Source: a bacterium (GTDB lineage: Bacteria; Zhuqueibacterota; Zhuqueibacteria; Oceanimicrobiales; Oceanimicrobiaceae). Taken from it: a stretch of 64,000 nt of DNA. How positions within the stretch are numbered: the first letter of the stretch is position 1; the number at the start of each line of letters is the position of its first letter. The translations under genes and the position numbers were made by a program. A model generated the notes under the pieces. That model was not told the DNA's origin and did no database searches. It was given only the letters and a program-made list of their open reading frames with translations. The stretch is from the NCBI GenBank assembly GCA_046757025.1, contig JBHHXN010000010.1:1-64000 (forward strand), written 5' to 3'. Positions 42,923 through 51,231 of this stretch are shown here, piece after piece.

Positions 42923-43091
42923 CTTAGAATTCCATTTCAAAATTGATTGTCGGATACCTATCTTCATGCTGAGTCCCAATTCAAATTCGGAAAACCATGA
43001 TCTTCACCCTGAGCGGAGTCGAAGGGTGAAGATCGGTAGCTGCTATTATCTCTTGTTAACCCTACAACCATCTCTGAAAAGGAGCACTAAG
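42923..43091. mobile_element. Family-B miniature TIR element, copy 2 (inverted)
   Basis: Reverse-complement homolog of 22622-22789; same ctta / taag ends. Confidence 0.88.
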
Positions 43092-43124
43092 GAGACTGTG
43101 TAAAAACATGCAGACTACGCTTCT

Positions 43125-43147
43125 GTCATCCCGCAACCGCGGGATTT
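43125..43147. repeat. Solitary GTCA-type REP palindrome
   Basis: tgtcatcccgcaaccgcgggatt, same family as 22171-22193. Confidence 0.65.
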
Positions 43148-43169
43148 CTGGAATAAAGCACCCCACTAA

Positions 43170-43745
43170 CTACTTACTCACAAATTTATTGCCCGCCATG
43201 TAGAATCGCCATTCCAAATCAACGGCTCTGGAAATGCCAATGCGCTGACTGGTAGCGATTTTAAAGTGACGTTGATTTTCACAACTCTGTAAAACGATAC
43301 TTTTATTCACCGGCTGCCCATGCAAATTGGGATGGAAGCCAAACGCCTGAAATAGCTTGCCGGGACCGTTGGTCAGATTTACAATGCGATCGGTTTTTCT
43401 GCGTTTTTTCATGTGCTCGATGCCGGCCGTCGGCTCGATGGCTCTAATCAACACCGCCCCGACTCCGTGTTCCTCAGTTGTGAAGTTCAGGCAGTGATAC
43501 ATCCCGTAAATGAAAAAGATATAAACCTGCCCGAATGTTTCTCGAAGCATGACGCCTTTCAAGGGCTTGGTCACCGCGTGGGAGGCTGCATCTTCTTTGT
43601 AGGCCTCGGTCTCCACGATGATGCCTTCACATTCACGATATTTCAAACGCACACCGATCAGGTCACGCGCTACCGTCAAGGTATTCTGAGCGAAAAAGGA
43701 CTTATCGAGCACCGGTAAACTCGAACCTGCAAATAGGATAGTCAA
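43170..43745 (-). CDS. mpg: DNA-3-methyladenine glycosylase (AAG/MPG family)
   Basis: IVETEAY, YGMYHCLN, AVLIRA.EP, NGPGKL, RIGI motifs. Confidence 0.93.
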   Translation of the reverse strand: MTILFAGSSLPVLDKSFFAQNTLTVARDLIGVRLKYRECEGIIVETEAYKEDAASHAVTKPLKGVMLRETFGQVYIFFIYGMYHCLNFTTEEHGVGAVLIRAIEPTAGIEHMKKRRKTDRIVNLTNGPGKLFQAFGFHPNLHGQPVNKSIVLQSCENQRHFKIATSQRIGISRAVDLEWRFYMAGNKFVSK

Positions 43746-43844
43746 TCATTTTGAATTAAAAAGCGGCTTTTAAAATTTAAAATATAAGAAGCTCGTCAGC
43801 TAAAAACAAGATAAATTCCTGAACGATAAGTAAAACTTGACCAA

Positions 43845-44016
43845 CGGGGGTTGTCATTCTGAGCACAAACTCCGGATTCTTTGCTCATCTCCACAGGTGC
43901 GGATGTGCGAAAAACCTCTTAGCCGGTTCGCAAGATGCTTCGCGCGGATACTTCCAGTAAGATGCTCAGCACTGGAGAGTTTGCGCTCAGCATGACGGTT
44001 TCGGCTGAACAGTTAC
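43845..44016. mobile_element. Family-E miniature TIR element, copy 2 (inverted, left end degenerate)
   Basis: Homologous to 10247-10408; right end ggctgaacagttac; internal gtcattctgagc ... gctcagcatgac. Confidence 0.8.
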
Positions 44017-44359
44017 CATAATAAAAGAAGGTTCCAGCTCGCTCCCCAAGTCGAGGAAAGACAAAGTTTTCCGTGTTTCGAACAGAATGTTTATATGACA
44101 ACGAATAGTTACCCCTCGTAGAAGGAGGTATTACAACTATAAAATCATTGTAATTGCATCATTAATTTCGTATATTAGTCAAACAAATTCTATTATTCAT
44201 TTTAGGTTTTAATTTGGAAAACTTCATTCCCGAGTTCCCTCAAGAATTTCATCCTTCCTGATATCGTGTCCGGATTTCTGCAAAATAATCAAAACTTTTC
44301 CATCTTTAATTTGATATTTTTACTAAATTTTTGTATATTTAAGTTTGAAATTTATTACG

Positions 44360-45841
44360 ATGTTTACCCAAAAAACAACCGTCTTTTTACTCAGTTTATT
44401 GCTGCCGTGCTCAGTGTTATCTGGAAAAAGCGATCGCCAGATTGACATCGCATTGGTAAAAGCCTTTCCAAATCTGTCATTTACAAAGCCCGTTTTCATA
44501 ACACACAGCCACGATGGCAGCAACCGACTTTTTGTGGTACAGCAGAACGGTATTATCAAAACATTTGACAACGAATTAAATGTAAGCCGTACACAAGATT
44601 TCTTGAACATTCAAAACAAAATCAACACCAGTGAGTTTGAAAGGGGTTTATTGGGACTGGCCTTTCATCCTGAATTTAGCAGTAACGGTTATTTTTATGT
44701 GAATTACACAGCCGGTTCGGGTAGTCGAAATAGAACCGTCATCTCGCGTTTCGAAGTGAATCCGAATGATATAAATCAGGCTGACCCAAATTCGGAGTTG
44801 GTGATTTTGGAGATTCTACAACCTTTCACGAATCACAACGGTGGTATGTTGCAATTTGGTCCGGTGGACGGCTATTTGTACATTGCCACTGGCGACGGCG
44901 GTAGTGGGGGCGATCCCCTGAATAACGGTCAAAATTTGAATACCCTGTTGGGTGCCATTTTACGCATCGATGTGGATAATCCATCTGAAAACCGAAACTA
45001 TGAAATTCCGCCTGACAATCCTTTCCTCGGTATGGGAGTCAAAGAAGAAATCTGGGCCTATGGTTTAAGAAATCCCTGGCGATTCAGCTTCGACTCCTCA
45101 ACGCATGAACTCTGGGTCGGCGACGTTGGTCAGAGTCGCTGGGAAGAAATAGATATCTTAAAACGCGGACAGAATTACGGTTGGAATATCACAGAGGGAT
45201 TTGATTGTTTCAACGCTTCTTCGTGCAATTCTACGAATTTAACTCCGCCCATTAAAGTGTATGGTCATTCAGGTAACAACTGCTCGGTGACCGGCGGCTA
45301 TGTCTATCGGGGCATTTTACAACCGGCATTATCAGGTGCTTACATTTATGGCGATTTTTGTACGGGCAATATCTGGCTTCTAAGATACGAAAACGACCAA
45401 TTACTTGCAGATTCTTTGCTGTTAAACAGTTCGCTGAATATCTCTTCCTTTGGCACGGATGAAAACAATGAATTGTATATAGTCGATCACAATGGTCAAA
45501 TCTACCGCTTTTCCAGAGACACGACCACCGGCGATGTGGACCACCGCGACCAAAACCCGGTCGAAGATTATAAATTGTTTCAAAATTACCCCAACCCATT
45601 CAACGCCTCCACCATCATTCAATACTACCTGAATGGTTTCAACAGAGTTCGGCTTACCGTTTACAACATGCAGGGCCAGGTAATTAAAACTTTGGTGAAT
45701 ACATACAAAGCAAAAGGCGACCATCAAATCGATTGGAATGGACTTAATGAAAGGGGAGAGTCGGTGGCGAGTGGCATTTATTATTATCAGTTGAAAACAG
45801 ACTCGAAATCATTCACGCGCAAAATGATATATTTGCGCTGA
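44360..45841 (+). CDS. PQQ-dependent soluble sugar dehydrogenase (GSDH family) with C-terminal secretion/FlgD-type domain
   Basis: ERGLLGLAFHP, NHNGG, GLRNPWR motifs; QNYPNPFN...SGIYYY...RKM tail. Confidence 0.92.
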   Translation: MFTQKTTVFLLSLLLPCSVLSGKSDRQIDIALVKAFPNLSFTKPVFITHSHDGSNRLFVVQQNGIIKTFDNELNVSRTQDFLNIQNKINTSEFERGLLGLAFHPEFSSNGYFYVNYTAGSGSRNRTVISRFEVNPNDINQADPNSELVILEILQPFTNHNGGMLQFGPVDGYLYIATGDGGSGGDPLNNGQNLNTLLGAILRIDVDNPSENRNYEIPPDNPFLGMGVKEEIWAYGLRNPWRFSFDSSTHELWVGDVGQSRWEEIDILKRGQNYGWNITEGFDCFNASSCNSTNLTPPIKVYGHSGNNCSVTGGYVYRGILQPALSGAYIYGDFCTGNIWLLRYENDQLLADSLLLNSSLNISSFGTDENNELYIVDHNGQIYRFSRDTTTGDVDHRDQNPVEDYKLFQNYPNPFNASTIIQYYLNGFNRVRLTVYNMQGQVIKTLVNTYKAKGDHQIDWNGLNERGESVASGIYYYQLKTDSKSFTRKMIYLR

Positions 45842-45953
45842 GCAATCATTAAAATCATTGTTTTCTTTAATCATTAAAATATCAAACGAGATAGAAAAAT
45901 CTAACCCATGCAATTGAACTTTTTTCAAAATAGCCTTGAAAGGAAATTTTAAA

Positions 45954-46409
45954 ATGCCTCAAAAATCAAAAAGTTATGAAATAGGACAAAATCTTGAGAC
46001 TTATTGTAACAAATGTAAAACCGAAATGCACCATGTTATCACCAAAATTAAGGACGATGAAATAAGCAAAGTCATGTGCAATGGCTGCAAAACTACTCAT
46101 AAATATTACGCAGAAACACCCGAGACGCCCAAGAAACGCGGCCCGGGACGGCCCCGAAAAACAGAGACCGATTCAACTGCCGCTCCTAAAAAACGAGGAA
46201 GAAAAAAAGATTGGCCGAGTCTGGTTTCAAAGCTGGACGAAAGTGAAATTGTGGATTACGACTTCAACGAAGATTTCACCGAAACTCACGCCATTCGGCA
46301 CAAAAAATTCGGTGTAGGCGTCATCACAAAAATTCTCGCCGATAACAAAATTGAAGTCGTGTTCGAAGATGAAAAGAAAGTTTTAGCTCAAAACTACACC
46401 GAGTTTTAA
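45954..46409 (+). CDS. Hypothetical protein: zinc ribbon, basic AT-hook-like linker and Tudor-like C-terminus
   Basis: CxxC...CxxC, KKRGPGRPRK, HKKFGVG motifs; AAGGA RBS before ATG at 45954. Confidence 0.8.
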   Translation: MPQKSKSYEIGQNLETYCNKCKTEMHHVITKIKDDEISKVMCNGCKTTHKYYAETPETPKKRGPGRPRKTETDSTAAPKKRGRKKDWPSLVSKLDESEIVDYDFNEDFTETHAIRHKKFGVGVITKILADNKIEVVFEDEKKVLAQNYTEF

Positions 46410-46417
46410 CTTTATTA

Positions 46418-46572
46418 GTGTCTGAACGAAAACTCGAGAAATGCGTGATTTAATAAGTGCTTCTCGAAGGCGTCCCTTCGACAAAACTCAGGACAGGCCC
46501 CGTCGTGCCGTGCAGAAATTCACCATCGGCCAGGAGGCCTTCGGGAAGATGGAGTCGTTTTCGGTCAATCAC
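46418..46572. mobile_element. Family-A miniature TIR element, copy 4
   Basis: gtgtctgaacgaaaac / gttttcggtcaatcac; lies between convergent genes; flanks ttatta / gaatta. Confidence 0.88.
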
Positions 46573-46575
46573 GAA

Positions 46576-47814
46576 TTACACGATCGATCGGACAATTTTT
46601 ATCAAAGAAATTTCTGCAGGGGCGTTATAGCGAACAGGGGCAAGTGAAAAACCCAAGCCATTATTGATATTCACCAACATACGCTCCACATTGTACGTTC
46701 CTCTGAAAAAACGAGATTCAAATAAAGGGGCAGCTATCGTAAATCCAAACGGCCTGAACACCATTTGCCCGCCATGCGTGTGGCCTGCTAAAAACAGGTG
46801 GTATCCTTTATCGGCCGCCGATTCAATCAGGGATTCGGAAGGCTGATGGGTCAGAACGATATCCAAAACCCCTCGTGGCTGCTGCCCCATCAAAAAATTC
46901 AGTTTATCCAGAATGGGACGTTTATTATATATGTTGGTGATAAAAGTTACCAGCAGGCTTTCGTTGCCAACCCGGATAAATTGATTGCTGTCTTCCAAAA
47001 TTTTAATTCCGCTCTCATTCAGACAATTCATCACATTTTTTGCATCAGCCCAGTAGTCATGATCTCCCAAGCAGGCATACGTTCCATATTTGGCTCTTAA
47101 ATTTCCCAACTCCGCAGCTGCCAGTTGAATATATTTTGCACCAGTGGTCACTAAATCACCGGTAAAGAAAATCAAATGCGGTCGAAGGCGATTTATTTTT
47201 TTTATGTATCGCCGGATTTTTCGTTTTCGCGTGCGAGAATCCGCCTGAATGTCGCTGATATGCACGATTTTTAAGCCATCAAGCGACAACGGTAAATTGC
47301 GAAACGTCAAAGCGATTTTTGATACCGGCATGCGCACCGTATCTGCCAGCACCTTGAAAATAACATAAATCAAATACACTGCAAAGACTGAAAGAACCAC
47401 ATGGTGTTGAATATTTAACCAGTGTGTGCTATATTTTTTATAGATAGGATACAAAGGAAATTTTATTATGTCGATAGCAAGCAGCCAGGGAATCACTTCA
47501 ATTAAATAAATGACCCCAATCCAAAAAGGATAACCAAAGAGAACGTCCCAGAACCAATTGCCCTCACGCGCCGATTTTGCGATCCGATTCAATCGTAAGG
47601 CATGCAACAGGAGCAGCAACATCGGATAACAATTTATATATCCGAGTATGGAGATCAAATAGAATCGCACTTGATCCACCGGCCAGCCTAATACATGATT
47701 GATGCCATTAAATAATTTCCAACCCGAGTAAATATATCCCAGCAAAAAAAGCGGCATAAAAGTCAATAAAATTCTAAAAACCCAAGGCATTGACAAAGAA
47801 TTACCTTTCCTCAT
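46576..47814 (-). CDS. Membrane-bound metallophosphoesterase (YkuE/YaeI-like)
   Basis: HISD, TGD, GDHD, GHTHGGQ motifs; N-terminal TM helices. Confidence 0.9.
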   Translation of the reverse strand: MRKGNSLSMPWVFRILLTFMPLFLLGYIYSGWKLFNGINHVLGWPVDQVRFYLISILGYINCYPMLLLLLHALRLNRIAKSAREGNWFWDVLFGYPFWIGVIYLIEVIPWLLAIDIIKFPLYPIYKKYSTHWLNIQHHVVLSVFAVYLIYVIFKVLADTVRMPVSKIALTFRNLPLSLDGLKIVHISDIQADSRTRKRKIRRYIKKINRLRPHLIFFTGDLVTTGAKYIQLAAAELGNLRAKYGTYACLGDHDYWADAKNVMNCLNESGIKILEDSNQFIRVGNESLLVTFITNIYNKRPILDKLNFLMGQQPRGVLDIVLTHQPSESLIESAADKGYHLFLAGHTHGGQMVFRPFGFTIAAPLFESRFFRGTYNVERMLVNINNGLGFSLAPVRYNAPAEISLIKIVRSIV

Positions 47815-47908
47815 TAGTTTCTAATTTAAGGAGGTTCCTGAATCGGAACGAAAATTCATGAATGCGTAAAAAGGATTGAATTTGCGGCCGGCTCCTTGGT
47901 TATCTTCC

Positions 47909-48009
47909 GACGAACCGCGCGGCGCTGACCCACGAGCACGCAGGCAGGGAGCCCCGCCGTGTGGGGCGGACAGCCCGCACGCGCAGTTGGGTCGAGTGCC
48001 GTGTTCCGC
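47909..48009 (-). other. Solitary attC-like recombination site (candidate)
   Basis: Minus strand GCGGAAC-5nt-ACTCGACC...GGTCAGC-8nt-GTTCGTC; very GC-rich relative to its surroundings. Confidence 0.5.
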
Positions 48010-48023
48010 CTCGCGCGGAACTT

Positions 48024-48118
48024 GTGCTTGAACGAAAACGACCCTATCTTCACGAAGTCCTCCTGGCCGACGGTGAATTCCTTCTTGGCTCGGCGGGGCC
48101 GTTCCTGAACTTTGTCGA
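48024..48118. mobile_element. Family-A element, truncated copy 5
   Basis: gtgcttgaacgaaaacgaccctatctt...tttgtcga matches copy 2; second TIR absent. Confidence 0.8.
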
Positions 48119-48218
48119 TGGCTCATTTTCTTGTGGCTGAATTGACTCAGCCACTGCCACACACATCCTTTCATAAATGACTTACCAACGACATAGCAAA
48201 CTAAAAATAAGCATCACT

Positions 48219-48776
48219 CTACGTCATTTCTTGATTTTTCCAATATGCCTCTAATTCCACACCTAATCCATCCGCTAATCGATTGACAAAATTAAAATAA
48301 GCAGTTATTTGATTGATATCCAAAATTGCCGAATCCATGAAGCCAGCCTGGCACAATTTATCGACATCCTGACGGGTGATTTCCCAAGGTGTTTTTGTGA
48401 GCTTCACAGCATACTCCAACATATCCCGATCGTTTGCAGAAATCGGCGCTTGACGATAATCCCTTTGCAATTGTTTAAATAATTCGGTTTCTTTGGTTAG
48501 CCGACAGAGACCCGCTCCGTGATGCACAATTCAGTAGTGGCATTGATTGGTGACCGAAACCACCACCGCAATCATTTCTCTTTGTACTCTACTCAATTCC
48601 GATCTACCAAACATCAGAGTGCGGTAAAGCAGGTAATGTCCATCCAACGAAGGCGGATTCAGGCTGTGAATTTTCAAAATGTTGTCAACCACTCCTTCTG
48701 CCGATTTGTGCTTATCATAAAAGGCTTTCAAATAGCCTGCGGCTTGATGTTCATTTATGACTTTTATCCAGGACAT
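48219..48776 (-). CDS. AhpD/carboxymuconolactone-decarboxylase-like peroxidase-related selenoprotein (CxxU), 185 aa by TGA read-through
   Basis: Two in-frame ORFs joined by TGA at 48531-48533: REMIAVVVS..NQCHY-U-IVHHG; C-terminal half has YFNFVNRLADGLG. Confidence 0.88.
48504..48520 (-). promoter_or_regulatory. Bacterial SECIS-like hairpin
   Basis: ACGGAG-CGGGU-CUCUGU stem-loop beginning 10 nt after the UGA. Confidence 0.65.
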
Positions 48777-49038
48777 AGATCTTAGCTCATTTTGATGGTT
48801 TATTTAATTGCATTCTGGACTTGATTTTTTTGAAAAACTTGGTAATTTAATATTTTGATCCGTTGGAGATATATTTACTTGATTTACTTGGATTTCCAAT
48901 GCACGTACGTCCAGACTCTCTGAAGATTTTATTTTTATGCAATTTTGTTTACGAGATTTTGGTTTGACCGGAAAATTCAAATATATAAATTATTTTAAAC
49001 AAATCAAATTCAATTTTTTAATTACAGGTGAATGACAA

Positions 49039-51195
49039 GTGAATGATTTTTTTAACATTATTGCTTCAAAGCTGGCTCTGCGGCCGCATCAAATTCAACA
49101 CACCGTCGAGTTGCTCGATGACGGCAACACCGTACCCTTTATCGCGCGTTACCGGAAAGAAGTTACCGGCGGTTTAAATGAAGAACAAATTCGTCAAATT
49201 GAAGATCGCGTTCGCTACTTGCGGAATTTAAATGAGCGCAAAAACACCGTCTTGGAATCCATAGAGAAACAGGGTAAGCTGACCCCTGAATTACAGCGCA
49301 AAATCGAACAGGCGATGAAACTGCAGGAAGTCGAGGATCTTTATCTTCCCTATCGACCGAAAAAACGCACTCGTGCGACGGTCGCCAAAGAAAAGGGACT
49401 GCAACCACTGGCGGAAATAATTTTCAATCAGGAGGAAACCGGAGGCACGCTGGAAAGCCTCGCTGAACCTTTTCTCAATCCTGAAAAGGAACTGAACAGC
49501 ATAGAAGACGTGCTGGCGGGAGCCCGAGATATCCTCGCCGAGCAAATCTCAGAAAGCGCAGATATTCGCAATGAAATACGGCGATTTACTTATCGAACAG
49601 GCCTGCTAAAATCAAAAGCCCGCGATGAAAAGGATATGTCGGTTTATGAAATGTACGCCGATTACAGCGAGCCAGTAAAGCATATTTTGCCGCATCGCAT
49701 TTTAGCCATAAACCGCGGTGAACGGGAAGGCGTTTTACGGGTCACCATCGACGTGGAAATCGACGATGTGCTGAAAATGCTGCGGCAAAAATGTATAAAA
49801 AACGAAAACTCCATTTTTGTCGAGCAAATCATTTTAGCTCTGACCGACAGTTATCACCGCTTGATCGCGCCGGCCATCGAACGGGAAATCCGCCACCAAA
49901 TCTCTGAAAAAGCCGATGAGCATGCCATCAAAGTGTTTGCAGAAAATGTCAAAAATTTGTTGCTCTCGCCGCCCATTCGCGACAAAATCATCATGGGAAT
50001 CGACCCTGGTTTCCGTACGGGCTGCAAGGTGGCCATTATCGATGCCACAGGCAAATATCTCGAAGGCTTGACCATCTATCCCCACGCGCCTAAAAAGCGC
50101 TGGGATTATTCCAAAACCCAGCTCAAAGAGTTAGTTGATAAACATCAGGTCGAGGTCATCGCCATCGGCAACGGCACCGCTTCGCGTGAAACGGAGCAAT
50201 TGATTGCTGAGCTGATTCAGGAGCTGGAGCAAGAACTTTTCTACGTGATCGTCAACGAAGCCGGGGCATCGGTCTATTCTGCTTCGGAAGTGGCTGCCGA
50301 AGAATTTCCAGACTTGCCCGCTGAAATGCGCGGCAACATTTCCATTGCCCGCCGCCTGCTGGACCCGCTCTCAGAGCTGGTAAAAATAGATCCCAAATCC
50401 ATCGGGGTGGGTTTGTACCAACACGACGTTAACCAGACCCGGCTGGCGGAATCGCTGGACCGAGTAGTGGAGTCGGCGGTAAATTACGTGGGAGTAGATT
50501 TAAACACCGCTTCCAAGTCCCTTCTGAAACACGTGGCCGGCATAAACAACCGCACCGCTGAAAACATCGTCAAATATCGCGAAGAAAATGGCCGATTTAA
50601 AAATCGGCTGGAGCTCACCAAAGTGAAAGGACTGGGCAACATGGCGTTTGTGCAGGCTTCGGGATTTCTGCGCATACCCGACGGCGATATATTCTTTGAC
50701 TCCACAGCCGTACATCCCGAATCGTATGATGCAGCCGACAATTTATTAAAACGATTAAATATCACCCTTGACGAAGTAAAAAACAACGGCAAAATACTAA
50801 ATCAAAAAATACAGTACTCCCGTCTGAAATTAGACGAGCTGGCGAAGTCAGTTGGCGTTGGCTTGCCCACACTGGAAGACATCCTCGTCAGTTTGGAAAA
50901 ACCCAATCGTGATCCGCGCGACGAAATGCCCAAACCCATTCTCCGCAGCGATGTGCTTAAAATGGAGGATTTAACCGAAGGCATGATTTTAAAAGGTACC
51001 GTCCGTAACGTGGTGGATTTTGGCGCTTTTGTGGATATCGGCGTCAAAGTAGATGGGCTGGTACACAAAAGCCAGATGGGGAAAAAATATGTCAAAAATC
51101 CCATGGACGTGATTTCGGTGGGAGATGTGATCGAAGTTAAAGTGTTAAGTATCGATGAGGAACGGGGTCGGATTGGTTTGAGTATGGTGACCTGA
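49039..51195 (+). CDS. tex: Tex-family RNA-binding transcription accessory protein
   Basis: TVPFIARYRKE, DPGFRTGCK, GNGTASRE, SIGVGLYQHD motifs; C-terminal S1 domain. Confidence 0.97.
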   Translation: MNDFFNIIASKLALRPHQIQHTVELLDDGNTVPFIARYRKEVTGGLNEEQIRQIEDRVRYLRNLNERKNTVLESIEKQGKLTPELQRKIEQAMKLQEVEDLYLPYRPKKRTRATVAKEKGLQPLAEIIFNQEETGGTLESLAEPFLNPEKELNSIEDVLAGARDILAEQISESADIRNEIRRFTYRTGLLKSKARDEKDMSVYEMYADYSEPVKHILPHRILAINRGEREGVLRVTIDVEIDDVLKMLRQKCIKNENSIFVEQIILALTDSYHRLIAPAIEREIRHQISEKADEHAIKVFAENVKNLLLSPPIRDKIIMGIDPGFRTGCKVAIIDATGKYLEGLTIYPHAPKKRWDYSKTQLKELVDKHQVEVIAIGNGTASRETEQLIAELIQELEQELFYVIVNEAGASVYSASEVAAEEFPDLPAEMRGNISIARRLLDPLSELVKIDPKSIGVGLYQHDVNQTRLAESLDRVVESAVNYVGVDLNTASKSLLKHVAGINNRTAENIVKYREENGRFKNRLELTKVKGLGNMAFVQASGFLRIPDGDIFFDSTAVHPESYDAADNLLKRLNITLDEVKNNGKILNQKIQYSRLKLDELAKSVGVGLPTLEDILVSLEKPNRDPRDEMPKPILRSDVLKMEDLTEGMILKGTVRNVVDFGAFVDIGVKVDGLVHKSQMGKKYVKNPMDVISVGDVIEVKVLSIDEERGRIGLSMVT

Positions 51196-51231
51196 ACACT
51201 GCAAGATCGGAATTCGTTTTGAATTGCCAGA

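Noticed and set aside
44017..44112. Extra gaatagttac resembling a family-E end
   Set aside because: Only a 10-nt match with no partner end or TSD.
47954..47990. Resemblance to group II intron domain V (gccgtgtg...gcacgc..gtt)
   Set aside because: Lower-stem mismatches, no GNRA loop, no domain VI or RT ORF; the attC geometry fits better.
47821..48174. 117-aa ORF in the GC-rich intergenic region
   Set aside because: It runs through the attC-like palindrome and a truncated A element; composition is not protein-like.
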